A stretch of 64,000 nucleotides of DNA from Nostoc sp. DedSLP01 (GCA_034530875.2 JAVRCJ020000030.1:1-64000), one strand, 5' to 3'; positions 18,410-28,971 are shown, counted from the stretch's first letter. The notes: generated from the sequence alone by a model not told the origin. Numbers and translations are program-made.

Positions 18410-18838
18410 ATTAAATTTGAGATTTTTTGTAAAATAATTTCCCGCAACATTATTTTAGACTAAGTGATTCCCTTATTCTAAATGATAAATTTTTGTTTTA
18501 TAGTAAGCCTTTGCCCCTTATCTTCTATCCCTAATTTACAATCTTATAACAAATGAACTCTTCCCGTGAAATTATAGCTGTAACCAGGCATATTCTCAAT
18601 AAACTGTTATTTACTAGTGTTTGCTGTAATTATGATTTTAGGTGGATGCTTATCCGATTGGTGAATGTTAATAGTTGAAAGAAGGTTGTGAATTAGCCAG
18701 GAGTTTTAAGTGTAGAGAAAGCGATCGCTAAAATGAATCTTATGCAAGTTCGTCAGAATACCGCTTTTTGTTTCCAACCAAATTTCTAGTTACTTTGACG
18801 TAAAACAAATTGAAAGTTTACAGGTTTACAACGTAATT

Positions 18839-19519
18839 ATGTCAAGCATCCAAACAACTGTAATTCTTGCTGTGACGGCTGATGGAAAAATTAGTCCCGT
18901 AGATCCTAAAGCACCCCGCAATTTCTATCCAGTCGATCATGCACACTTAGAGTATCAAGTCTCTCTAGCCGATTTAGTCCTCATGGGAGCAGGAACGGCT
19001 CGGAATGAGGGGGTAGCGTTCACAATTGAGAATCCTGAATTGGTAGCGGCGCGTAAGTTTCGCAATCAGCCTCCCCAACCGATTACTTGTGTTGTCACAA
19101 GTTCGCTGAATCTACCGCCAGATATGAAATTTTTTTCCCAAGACATTGAGCGATGGATATTTACGACAAAGGCTGCTATAGAACGCAGTTCTGATGCCGC
19201 AACCCTAGACAAACTGTCAAAATTGATTGAAGTCGGTAACACAGACTTAGATTGGGATAAAGCTTATGACTTAATGGCAGAACGCGGTATTCGTAAAGTT
19301 TTTGCTTTGGGAGGTGGTTCTCTAACAGCTTCTCTAGTGGAAGCAGGGCGAGTTGATGATTGGTGGTTGACCATTTTGCCCGTTATTTATGGAGGAGCTA
19401 ATGCACCTACTCTTGTAGAAGGTAAGGGTTTTCTTCCTAGCGATGCTCCTAAACTCGAACTCCTTGAAACTCGTCAGGTTGGAAGCGAGTTATTCTTGCA
19501 CTACCGCACGCTCAAATGA
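18839..19519 (+). CDS. RibD C-terminal (dihydrofolate reductase-like) domain protein
   Basis: AVTADGKI, VLMGAGT, LGGGSL, VDDWWLTILPVIYGG, ELFLHY. Confidence 0.88.
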   Translation: MSSIQTTVILAVTADGKISPVDPKAPRNFYPVDHAHLEYQVSLADLVLMGAGTARNEGVAFTIENPELVAARKFRNQPPQPITCVVTSSLNLPPDMKFFSQDIERWIFTTKAAIERSSDAATLDKLSKLIEVGNTDLDWDKAYDLMAERGIRKVFALGGGSLTASLVEAGRVDDWWLTILPVIYGGANAPTLVEGKGFLPSDAPKLELLETRQVGSELFLHYRTLK

Positions 19520-19604
19520 CAATTAGGAATTCGTAATTCGTAATTCGTAGTTCGTAATTAGACTTCTTGCACAAGTCGGGAAAACATACTGAATTCTTTA
19601 TTCA

Positions 19605-20489
19605 TCAATACAAAGAACCCGCAATCATCCCACCAAGTAAGATAAAGCCAATCCAGACGTTTTGCCGGAACATCTCACCATAAACTGGGTTAGGTAAGCT
19701 TTGCGCTCTTAAGCGCAGAGATTGCCAAACCCAGACGCTAGTAGCCAGTCCCAGGCTAATCCAAAAAGGTAGGTGAAGATCGATCAGTGCACCTAGCCAA
19801 GCTAATAACAAGATAGTGCCAGCAAAGAAAATTCCAATCGCTAAAGGAGCGCGCTCGCCAAAAAATAGAGCGCTAGAATTAACACCAATGCGGCGATCGT
19901 CTTCTTTGTCGCTCATGGCATAAACTGTATCAAATCCCAATGTCCACAATACAGTCGCGCCCCAAAGTAGCCAAGTTGGTTGGGAAATATTTTGCGTCAC
20001 GGCACTCCAGCTAATCAACACAGCAAAACCCCAGGCAATGGAAAGTACTAGCTGTGGTATTGGAAAGACCCGCTTTGCCCCAGGATATAGTATAATTACT
20101 GGCACCGCTGCCACAGATAACCAGAAACTCAAGGGATTAAGATAAAAAGCTAGAACTGCTGCACAAGCCATCGCTACTATAGCGACGACAATCCCAACTT
20201 TCACCGATAAAGCACGAGACGCAAGGGGGCGATCGCGCGTTCTGTGCACTTGGGGATCGATATCTTTATCCCACAAATCGTTGACAACACACCCAGCCGC
20301 ACTTGTGGCGAGAGTACCCAATACAATCACACCAACTAAAGGTAAAGGCGGTTTCCCAGCAGCTGCCAAAAACACAGCCCACAGAGCAGGAATCATCAAT
20401 ATTAATCGTCCTTCTGGTTTATGCCAACGCAAAAGGCGAATAATTACGAGCCATATTGGTTTTTCGTCGCGTTCTGGTGTCGTTAACAT
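19605..20489 (-). CDS. ubiA: 4-hydroxybenzoate solanesyltransferase (UbiA family, plastoquinone synthesis)
   Basis: GCVVNDLWDKDIDPQVHRTRDRPLAS, YPGAKR, FDTVYAMSDKEDD. Confidence 0.93.
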   Translation of the reverse strand: MLTTPERDEKPIWLVIIRLLRWHKPEGRLILMIPALWAVFLAAAGKPPLPLVGVIVLGTLATSAAGCVVNDLWDKDIDPQVHRTRDRPLASRALSVKVGIVVAIVAMACAAVLAFYLNPLSFWLSVAAVPVIILYPGAKRVFPIPQLVLSIAWGFAVLISWSAVTQNISQPTWLLWGATVLWTLGFDTVYAMSDKEDDRRIGVNSSALFFGERAPLAIGIFFAGTILLLAWLGALIDLHLPFWISLGLATSVWVWQSLRLRAQSLPNPVYGEMFRQNVWIGFILLGGMIAGSLY

Positions 20490-20492
20490 AGA

Positions 20493-20615
20493 ATTGGGGA
20501 TTGGGGACTGGGGATTGGGGACTGGGGATTGGCGATTGGCGATTGAGTATCAGAAAATAATACTTTTAATCTATTCCCTAGTCCCCAGCCACCAATCACC
20601 AGCCACCAGTCCCTA
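20493..20615. repeat. STRR inverted heptamer arrays (TGGGGA(C/T)/CCCCAGT)
   Basis: A (TGGGGAY)n run followed by a degenerate complementary run. Confidence 0.85.
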
Positions 20616-20893
20616 ATTCACACATCTTTACATCTATAGAATAACGTTATTTGTTATTTGTAAAAACATAACGCCACGTGGCAACTTTAAAGACCTTTAA
20701 ATAGTCACTGGAGTTGTAAGCACTAGGGTGAATATACTTAGCTCAGGAAATCTCAAGCAAACTGAGTGCCCAGTGCTGAGTCACCGAAGTTCAAATGCCT
20801 GGGGCAAAGCGCTTTTGGGCGTCTACGGCGGTATTGCTTCCGAAAACGGGAGAATAGCCGTCGTTATGACTTTTCGCTGAGTAGACAATTTCA

Positions 20894-20996
20894 TATCAAG
20901 TTCGGATAATTACTTACTAATAAAAACTCTCCGCATTCCTGGATTCTTGGGTCTGCGTGTGAGTGCCAATGATAAGTCCTTAACTGAAGCTGATAT
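20894..20996. mobile_element. Degenerate MITE-like element (ATATCAAGTT...TGATAT)
   Basis: Short terminal inverted motifs. A related element starts near 26774 (ATATCAAGTTTGG...ACATCATAT). Confidence 0.4.
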
Positions 20997-21122
20997 CGCT
21001 TCTTTACTCACAATTCGGAACTTAGCACTAAATCTGAGGGAGTGTGTTGCAATAAATATCAGTGCCAGCTATCCCAAAATACCTCCGTTTGCCATTACTT
21101 CTTAATACAGAGAGAAAACTAA

Positions 21123-22772
21123 ATGCAGAATTTAGTGACTAACTGGGAGAGTGTTCCAACTCAACCAGTTGAGCAACACCGGATTATTGCTGCCATTGAC
21201 TTAGGAACAAATTCTTTACACATGGTAGTGGTCAGGATCGATCCCACACTACCAGCTTTTAGCATTATTGCTAGAGAAAAAGAAACTGTCAGGCTAGGCG
21301 ATCGCAATCTGACGACAGGGGAACTCAAACCAGAAATCATGAAAAAAGCGATCGCTGCTTTAGGACGTTTCCAAGAAATTGCCAAAACTAGCAACGCTGA
21401 AACAATCATTGCTGTGGCTACTAGTGCTGTCCGGGAAGCCCCCAATGGTAAAGATTTTTTGCACGCGATAGAAGCAGAGTTGGGTTTAAACGTTAACTTA
21501 ATTTCTGGTCAAGAAGAAGCGCGACGAATCTACCTTGGCGTCCTGTCGGGGATGGAATTTCACAACCAGCCCCACATAATTATTGATATTGGTGGCGGTT
21601 CCACAGAATTAATCTTGGGAGACAGTCACCAAGCCCGTAGTCTCACGAGTACCAAAGTTGGTGCAGTGCGGCTGACTGGCGAACTAATTACCACCGATCC
21701 CATCAGCAATACCGAGTTTCAATATCTGCAAGCTTATGCACGCGGAATGTTGGAACGTTCCGTAGAAGAGATACAAGCAAACCTGGAGTTTGGAGAATCT
21801 GTGCGTTTGGTGGGTACGGCTGGCACCATCGAAACTGTGGCCGTGATTCTCGCACGGGAAAAGTCTGGTGCTATACCCTCGACTCTCAATGGCTACCAGT
21901 TCTCTCTCAAAGACTTACGCGAGTTAGTAAATCGTTTGCGCAAACTCAGTAATGCAGAAAGGGCTGCTGTACCTGGAATGCCGGAAAAGCGGTCGGAAGT
22001 AATACTTGCAGGGGCAGTAATTTTACAGGAAGCAATGACGCTTTTGGGTCTTGAGTCCGTGACAGTTTGCGAACGTTCTCTCAGAGAAGGCGTAATTGTA
22101 GACTGGATGCTTACTCACGGTTTAATTGAAGATAAGCTGCGCTATCAAAGTTCAGTTCGAGAACGCAATGTTCTCAAGCTTGCCAATAAGTACCACATTA
22201 ATTTAGAACATAGCGATCGCGTGGCCAAATTTGCCCAGAGTTTATTCGACCAAATGCAAGGTACGCTGCACCATTGGGGAGCTGACGAGCGACAATTGCT
22301 GTGGGCAGCTGCAATATTACACAATTGCGGTCATTATGTGAGCCATTCTTCTCACCACAAGCACTCCTATTATTTAATTCGCAATGGTGAATTACTCGGT
22401 TATACGGAAACCGAGATTGAAATCATTGCCAATTTAGCCCGTTATCACCGCAAATCGCCACCAAAGAAAAAACACGAAAATTATCAAAGTTTGCTGACTA
22501 AACAACAGCGACAGATAGTCAGCCAATTAAGCGCCATCTTAAGATTAGCTGTGGCGCTAGATAGGCGACAAATTGGCGCGATCGCTCAAGTTAAATGCGA
22601 ATATTATCCCCAATTTCGGCAAGTTAATTTATTGATTTTCCCGTCTCAAATTGATGATGATTGTGCTTTAGAACTCTGGAGTCTGGATTATAAAAAAGGA
22701 GTCTTTGAAGAAGAATTTCGGGTAAAGTTAGTAGCGAATTTGGAAAAATCCCCAATTGGTAATTTCTCGTAG
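21123..22772 (+). CDS. ppx: Exopolyphosphatase Ppx/GppA
   Basis: AAIDLGTNS, ATSAVREAPN, ISGQEEAR, DIGGGSTE, SLREG, C-terminal HD-like region. Confidence 0.95.
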   Translation: MQNLVTNWESVPTQPVEQHRIIAAIDLGTNSLHMVVVRIDPTLPAFSIIAREKETVRLGDRNLTTGELKPEIMKKAIAALGRFQEIAKTSNAETIIAVATSAVREAPNGKDFLHAIEAELGLNVNLISGQEEARRIYLGVLSGMEFHNQPHIIIDIGGGSTELILGDSHQARSLTSTKVGAVRLTGELITTDPISNTEFQYLQAYARGMLERSVEEIQANLEFGESVRLVGTAGTIETVAVILAREKSGAIPSTLNGYQFSLKDLRELVNRLRKLSNAERAAVPGMPEKRSEVILAGAVILQEAMTLLGLESVTVCERSLREGVIVDWMLTHGLIEDKLRYQSSVRERNVLKLANKYHINLEHSDRVAKFAQSLFDQMQGTLHHWGADERQLLWAAAILHNCGHYVSHSSHHKHSYYLIRNGELLGYTETEIEIIANLARYHRKSPPKKKHENYQSLLTKQQRQIVSQLSAILRLAVALDRRQIGAIAQVKCEYYPQFRQVNLLIFPSQIDDDCALELWSLDYKKGVFEEEFRVKLVANLEKSPIGNFS

Positions 22773-22781
22773 AAGGGAGAC

Positions 22782-22815
22782 AATAGGTGCATTACAAAGC
22801 GTTTATGCACCTGTT
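22782..22815 (+). terminator. Terminator-like hairpin after ppx
   Basis: AATAGGTGCAT...ATGCACCTGTT followed by T/A residues. Confidence 0.5.
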
Positions 22816-23731
22816 TAATAAAGTATAAGCGCACCAGTATACGTTTATACGAATAATTTCTCATTTACATATTTACTTCATGATTCCCTTACATTTCATC
22901 CGGCTTGAGAAAGAATATATAAATCTCCTTAAGAAGTATTTAAATAAGCAGAATTAGCTATTAGAATGTAGCTAACAGTTTAATACTGTTAGGTTATGTT
23001 GCAAGGGGATATCTAGGCTTGAGAAACCGAGGTATCCTCATTCTTTATTGGTTTAAAAATTTAAATATAAATTTAAATTTGTCAAAAGTCTGGACTTAAC
23101 AATACTCAAAATTAACTATATTAGTTGTTACACCTTAAAAAAGCCCAATTCATCTAGCTAAATTCTTTGCTAGCACTCAGTTTCATGAGATTACTTACAA
23201 AAGTAATTCCTTTACCGTTCTGGTTTAGACTCGGTAGATTGGTTTGAGAAACCAAACCTAATTACAAAACTTTATATCTCTTTTGAAAGTATATAGTAGA
23301 GAGTGTTTACAGACGCCATAAATCGCACCTGTAAACAACTGGGAAATAAGAAACAAAACTTTATTTTAGTTGCGGTTTTTTCTATATAGGTTGCTGCAAA
23401 ACTTCAGATCGAAAGAAGCCTTATTGATTGGTTCTTCGCTTGATTAGCTGAAGGCTTCAGCAATTAAGTAATTCTGTATTCTCAGTCATCTTGATATTCG
23501 ATCGCACTTAAAATAAAGCCATGCAGCAACTAACATCAGGTGTTTGAAGCTACAGATAGTATTATCTTTGGATGAATACTTTGTAATAGCTGACGCCAAG
23601 ACAGCAAGAGACGCCGACACAGACAGTCTTAAATTATAAATAATTATGCAAACTTAAGATAAGTATTTTTTCTTCACAAAACGACATAATTCGGTAGAAT
23701 TGGGTAAAGCAATCTTTACGCTTGTAAAATC

Positions 23732-24799
23732 ATGCAGCTGAAACTCAGTGCATTCCGACTTACCTTAGCTCCTGTTTTGTTAATTGCCCCCTTTTTTCTA
23801 TGGGGGACAGCAATGGTGGCAATGAAAGGAGTGATCCCTCACACTACACCCTTATTTATGGCGGGTGTGCGTCTGTTGCCAGCTGGAGTATTAATTTTAA
23901 TAGCAGCAGCATTGATGGGTAGGCCTCAGCCGAAAAGTTGGACTGCGTGGCTATGGATTGCCTTATTTGCCTTAGTAGATGGAACCTTGTTTCAAGGATT
24001 TTTGGCAGAGGGATTAGTCAGAACCACAGCTGGGTTAGGATCTGTGATGATTGACTCGCAACCTTTGGCTGTTGCTTTGCTGTCGTTGTGGTTATTCCAG
24101 GAACGTATTGGTTTTTGGGGATGGCTGGGATTAGGCTTGGGAGTCACGGGTATTAGTTTAATTGGCTTACCAGACGAATGGATTTTCCATATTCTCAATT
24201 CCGGTACAAATATCACAATTGGCACTTGGCAAGATTTGTTTGCTAGTGGCGAGTGGTTAATGTTGTTGGCAGCCTTATCAATGGCAGTGGGAACAGTATT
24301 GATTCGTTTCGTGTGCCGACATACGGACCCTGTAACCGCTACAGGATGGCACATGATTTTAGGAGGATTGCCACTATGGGGAATTTCATCAATTGTGGAA
24401 TCCCAGCAATGGCAGAATCTAGGAGCATCAGATTTAGTAGCTCTAAGTTATGCTACTGTATTCGGCAGTGCGATCGCCTACGGATTGTTTTTCTACTTTG
24501 CCTCTAGTGGCAGCCTCACTAGCCTGAGTTCCCTTACCTTCCTGACACCAGTCTTTGCGTTAATATTTGGTCATCTCTTTCTCTCGGAAGTCCTCAGTCC
24601 CTTACAGTGGGTAGGTGTTTTACTGACTTTAATCAGTATCTACCTGATTAACCAACGCGATACTTTAGCAGGGCAAAATAACACAATTAATCTAAGCGAA
24701 CAAGCTAATATACAACAACCAGTTTTAGAAGCATCTGGGAAAAAATTTAACCCCGTAACTTTGGGGATTAGAGAATCTGAACCAGAAATATTGCCATAA
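23732..24799 (+). CDS. DMT/EamA-family transporter
   Basis: FFLWGT, AGVRLL, LFQER, FLTPVFA, LSEVL; about 10 TM. Confidence 0.92.
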   Translation: MQLKLSAFRLTLAPVLLIAPFFLWGTAMVAMKGVIPHTTPLFMAGVRLLPAGVLILIAAALMGRPQPKSWTAWLWIALFALVDGTLFQGFLAEGLVRTTAGLGSVMIDSQPLAVALLSLWLFQERIGFWGWLGLGLGVTGISLIGLPDEWIFHILNSGTNITIGTWQDLFASGEWLMLLAALSMAVGTVLIRFVCRHTDPVTATGWHMILGGLPLWGISSIVESQQWQNLGASDLVALSYATVFGSAIAYGLFFYFASSGSLTSLSSLTFLTPVFALIFGHLFLSEVLSPLQWVGVLLTLISIYLINQRDTLAGQNNTINLSEQANIQQPVLEASGKKFNPVTLGIRESEPEILP

Positions 24800-24804
24800 A
24801 GCGA

Positions 24805-24995
24805 GTGGGGAGATGGGGAGATGGGGAGATAGGGAGATTGGGAAGTGTGGGAAGTGTGGGGAGTCTAGGGAGAGAGGGGCGAAATGAGGAAATGGCCAAG
24901 TGTGAGGAGTCTGGGGGGAAAGATTTCTTCCCCATCCTTCCACAACTCCCCATCTCCCCATCTCCCCATCTCCCACACCTCCCCGCTTGCCCCAA
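24805..24995. repeat. Composite STRR intergenic repeat (inverted relative to the 6715 and 12019 copies)
   Basis: (GGGGAGAT)n...GGGGGAAAGATTTCTTC...CCCACACCTCCCCGCTTGCCCC. Confidence 0.9.
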
Positions 24996-25094
24996 CTCGG
25001 ATAAAAAGTAACAAACACCAGTTAACATTTAGGCGGCTTGAAGGTATCGTAATATGCATGACTTCAAAAGCACGTTCAGGCTGAAACTTGCAAT

Positions 25095-26246
25095 ATGAGG
25101 CTATGTCATTCCTCAATCCTGGTATTTACCTGTTTTTCTTGCCTGGGTTTTTCTACAAATACCCCAAGCACAGCTACATCTATTCCAGTAGCTGAAGTTT
25201 TAGAGTTTGCACAAGCTAATTCAACGGTTTCTCCTATTCCACCTACTTTAGGACTTGATAGCGAAGGGTCAGATGTCAAGAGGCTACAAGTCCAATTAAA
25301 GAAATTAGGATATTACAATGGCGTAGTAGATGGGAAATATGGCGTTACTACTGAAATCGCTGTGGCTAAATTCCAAAAAGTCAAAGGCTTAAAAGTAGAT
25401 GGCATTTTTGGTTTGGAAACGAGGAGAAAACTGCAAACAGCCGTAGCAGCCAAAACTCAGTTAATTACTTCTCCAATTGTTACCCCTCCAATTGTTACCT
25501 CTGACGTTGAGACTCCCGAACCAACTGCACAACCTAAATCCACCGAGAGAGGTTTTCTTTGGTGGTTAATATTTGCCCTTGGCGTTTTAGGAACTATTGG
25601 AGCATTTCTTTATTTAGTAAGGTGGTTTCTTCAAGTCAAGCAAGTGCAAAAGCTGCAAATATCAAATACTAAAAGTTTGACTGAAGTTAAAAAAGACTCA
25701 ATAGCAGTTCCTTCATCAGAGAATTTAACTAATCTGCAAATAGATAATGTACCGCCTACTACAAAATTACTGCTACCAGAAAAAACTTCCCGCCTTGCAA
25801 AACTCAATATCGTTGACGAATTAATTCAAGACTTACGCAGCCCTGACCCGACAAAGCGGCGTAAGGCGATTTGGGATTTGGGGCAGCAGGGAGATTCGCG
25901 GGCAATTCAGCCAATGGTTGACCTGATGATTGATGCTGATTCTCAAGAAAGCAGTTTAATTTTGGCAGCTTTAGCAGAAATTAGTTCCCGGACACTCAAA
26001 CCGATGAATCGCGCTTTGGCAATATCCATGCAAGATGAAAGTCCACAAGTGCGGCAAAATGCAATCCGGGACTTGACGCGTGTTTATGACATGATGAGTC
26101 AAATGAGTCAGATACTATGTCATGCCTTAGATGACCCAGATGCCGAAGTCCAAGCAACAGCACGATATGCTTTGAATCAGATGAATAAAATACGCGCCTT
26201 GCCCGAACAACAGAATATACCAAAAGATTCGCAAACTGATTCGTAA
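25095..26246 (+). CDS. Peptidoglycan-binding domain + TM + HEAT-repeat protein
   Basis: PG_binding_1-like DVKRLQVQLKKLGYY...DGKYG...FQ...DGIFG; Pro/Thr linker; TM FLWWLIFALGVLGTIGAFLYLV; HEAT repeats (D-P-VR/VQ-A). Confidence 0.85.
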   Translation: MRLCHSSILVFTCFSCLGFSTNTPSTATSIPVAEVLEFAQANSTVSPIPPTLGLDSEGSDVKRLQVQLKKLGYYNGVVDGKYGVTTEIAVAKFQKVKGLKVDGIFGLETRRKLQTAVAAKTQLITSPIVTPPIVTSDVETPEPTAQPKSTERGFLWWLIFALGVLGTIGAFLYLVRWFLQVKQVQKLQISNTKSLTEVKKDSIAVPSSENLTNLQIDNVPPTTKLLLPEKTSRLAKLNIVDELIQDLRSPDPTKRRKAIWDLGQQGDSRAIQPMVDLMIDADSQESSLILAALAEISSRTLKPMNRALAISMQDESPQVRQNAIRDLTRVYDMMSQMSQILCHALDDPDAEVQATARYALNQMNKIRALPEQQNIPKDSQTDS

Positions 26247-26268
26247 GCTTCCCTAGATTGGGATAATT

Positions 26269-26721
26269 CTAAAAATATTTCAGTTGGACTTGGATATTAG
26301 TGTTCGGGCCTGCTAAAAAAAATGCTGCTTCGCTAAATTTGGGAGCACCTGTTTTGATTTCTGGATTGCTGGAAAATCCAAAGCCTTCGACAGGTATACC
26401 AAGAAGATTACGATTGAGTGTCGAATCGCTGTTGCGATCGTGGATGACAGCAACGGCATAATTACCTGCTTTTAAGTTCTCAAAGGTCATTAACAAGGGA
26501 GTTTCAGTAATCTTGATACACTGCTTTTGTAAAACGCGATCGCCTTCGTTAGGAAATCCTTTACTGCTAGCAAAGATACCCGCACAAACTTGCCCTTCTT
26601 TATTCTTTAATCCATCAATTTCCACAGTCAGTTTGCCATTATAATTAGCCTTGGCACTCAATGACCATGCTAAACTTCCCAAAACTGCCAATAGCAGTAC
26701 GCTAATCAATCCTCTCGCCAT
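26269..26721 (-). CDS. DUF2141-family secreted protein
   Basis: GNYAVAVIHDRN, GIPVEGFGFSSN, PKFSEAAF; signal peptide. Confidence 0.85.
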   Translation of the reverse strand: MARGLISVLLLAVLGSLAWSLSAKANYNGKLTVEIDGLKNKEGQVCAGIFASSKGFPNEGDRVLQKQCIKITETPLLMTFENLKAGNYAVAVIHDRNSDSTLNRNLLGIPVEGFGFSSNPEIKTGAPKFSEAAFFLAGPNTNIQVQLKYF

Positions 26722-27002
26722 AAAATTTTTCCTTTCTTATTAATTATTAGTCATTAGTGATTAGTCATTAGTTATATCAAGTTTGGCCGATCGCTTAGCA
26801 TAAAATATATTTGCATTTCTTTGAATCGCAGCGCCTTTGCATCTCCCTTAAGAGAATTTCAGATTACTGTAATTTACTGCTTTGACTTTTGTTTGAGCTA
26901 GCCTAAATTATCAGTCTTTAAGGGGACATCATATCATCATTCTTTGCGATTTACTATTTATCTAAAACAAATGACCAATGACTAATGACCAATGACTAAT
27001 GA

Positions 27003-28820
27003 CTAATCACTATTAATAGGTAATGTAAACCAGAATGTTGCTCCTGCTTGAGGGCTGGTATTAATACCAATTTCCCCGCTATGAGCGTTAATGATTTGCT
27101 TGCATATATACAAACCCAATCCCAAACCTACAGAATTGCGGATATTAGTACCTCGAAAGTAAAGTTCAAAAAGGCGATCGCTTTGTTTTTGGCTAATGCC
27201 CACGCCGTTATCGCTAACAGTACAATAAATTTTGTCGTCCTCAACACTAGCATTAATTGTCAAAAGCAATCCAGGAGGATTGTGTTTGAGAGCATTGACA
27301 ATTAAGTTAGAAAAAACTCGCCATAATTGTGTGGGATCTACATTTACTAATGGTAAATCTGGCGATACTGAATTTGTGAGAGTTGCTTGATTTTGTACTA
27401 AAAACGGCTCTAAATCTGCGATCGCTGCTTCGACAATTGATAATAATTGTACGGGTTGACGTTGTAAAACAATACCTTGCACTTCGCTGATATGAGCTTC
27501 CATCAAGGAATTAATTAAGCTCAGCTGGCGATCGCTACTTTGAACCATTCGCTCTAAAATTGAGCGCGGCACAGGGATTGTCGAATCTGAAGAGGCAGAG
27601 GGGCGGGGTGCAGGGGAAAACTCTTGTTTGCTGCTCCCTGCTCCCCTGCTTTCCCCTCCCTGATTTAACAAATTATTTAGCACCATCAAAGTACCCAACA
27701 CCGGGTTGCGTAAGTCGTGGGAAACTGCATGAAAAAATACTCGCAGTTCTTCTTGGGCTTGTTTGCGCTGTGTGATGTCTTCAGTCAAACCTTCGTAGTA
27801 CAAAAGGTTTCCTCCTTCGTCACGGACTGCATAACCTTTTTCAGAAATCCAAACAATACTCCCATCTCGGCGATAAATTTGAGACTCGAACTCGGAAACT
27901 CTGCCATATTTTTCCATCAGGCGGACAAATTCTGCTCGGCGGTTGGGATCGACATACAATTGATGTTCGATATCAGTGAAATTTGCTGTCACTTCCTCTG
28001 CTGAAGAGTAGCCATAAATACTTGCTAAAGCCGGGTTTGCCGTAATATAACGTCCATCGGGACTGCTTTGAAAGATACCTTCAACGGCGTTTTCAAAAAT
28101 GCTGCGATATTTCGCTTCTGCAACTTTGAGTTTTTGATAGGCAGATTCAAGTTCTTGACGGGCGAAAAACTCAGAACCTTGCAGGCGATCGTAGAGATAA
28201 ACGCCAATATCACATATCGTACAAAACCAAAAAATGTATAAAACAAACGTTACATTATATATTTGTGGGTGTTCTGGAATTGGGGTTTTTAGTCCAAGTA
28301 TTGTATTTACACCAAAATAGTAAATCAGCACTGCTGCTTGAGACAACAAGTGAAGCACCCAGCAGACTGGCATTAATATAGCTTGACTCAAGAACAACAG
28401 CGACCACCCGATGCTATCGGGTAGTGCAAAACCTTTGAAAGTTGCAAATAACTGCGATCCTAAACTAATAGACCAAGAAGAACCCAAAAATAATAAATCT
28501 GGACGATTGCGGCCGAATTGAGTTTTATGTAAGGCAAAGCAGATAAGTAGATTTAGAAGCATTGCAACATTAATTACAAGGCTTCTAGGTTGAGCTAATC
28601 CTGACAGCTTCTTCAACTCTTGAAACGGAAAAAAGAAGCCATAAATATCTCGCAAAATAAAAGACAACAAACAAATCAGCGCCAGCCACAACCATAAACG
28701 CAATCTCTGCCACAAAAATCGGTTGCGCCAACTTTGGTAAAGAAGAGTGATTTCATCTGTTTTTGGTGCAGAAAAGGTTTCTCTCCACCAGCTTTGCACT
28801 GTTGTAAATGGGGTAGCCAT
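27003..28820 (-). CDS. Membrane PAS-domain sensor histidine kinase
   Basis: N-terminal TM bundle; PAS (YRSIFENAVEGIFQ...EDITQRK); H-box SHDLRNP; N-box NLIVNALKH; DNGVG; GLGLGL. Confidence 0.93.
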   Translation of the reverse strand: MATPFTTVQSWWRETFSAPKTDEITLLYQSWRNRFLWQRLRLWLWLALICLLSFILRDIYGFFFPFQELKKLSGLAQPRSLVINVAMLLNLLICFALHKTQFGRNRPDLLFLGSSWSISLGSQLFATFKGFALPDSIGWSLLFLSQAILMPVCWVLHLLSQAAVLIYYFGVNTILGLKTPIPEHPQIYNVTFVLYIFWFCTICDIGVYLYDRLQGSEFFARQELESAYQKLKVAEAKYRSIFENAVEGIFQSSPDGRYITANPALASIYGYSSAEEVTANFTDIEHQLYVDPNRRAEFVRLMEKYGRVSEFESQIYRRDGSIVWISEKGYAVRDEGGNLLYYEGLTEDITQRKQAQEELRVFFHAVSHDLRNPVLGTLMVLNNLLNQGGESRGAGSSKQEFSPAPRPSASSDSTIPVPRSILERMVQSSDRQLSLINSLMEAHISEVQGIVLQRQPVQLLSIVEAAIADLEPFLVQNQATLTNSVSPDLPLVNVDPTQLWRVFSNLIVNALKHNPPGLLLTINASVEDDKIYCTVSDNGVGISQKQSDRLFELYFRGTNIRNSVGLGLGLYICKQIINAHSGEIGINTSPQAGATFWFTLPINSD

Positions 28821-28858
28821 CTGGCATTGCTTAGCAGTCTTTAGTAATACTTAGCATA

Positions 28859-28971
28859 TATAGCAGGGAACAGGGAAAAGGGAAAAGGTAACAGGGGGAT
28901 AAGTTTGAAAGCCGCTTAGTATCTATGTTTGATAATTAGTCCTTGCCCTAATCTATCTGGCAACTGCTATA
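28859..28971. mobile_element. MITE-like element with TATAGCAG/CTGCTATA ends
   Basis: 8-bp terminal inverted repeat enclosing AGGGAA(C/A) heptamers. Confidence 0.6.

Noticed and set aside
16700..18830. Integrative element at tRNA-Ser
   Set aside because: No integrase and no duplicated tRNA 3' end were seen. The AT-rich patch lies on the tRNA 5' side, and murT follows the 3' end directly.
23203..23215. NtcA site GTA...TAC
   Set aside because: The spacing is N7, not the required N8.
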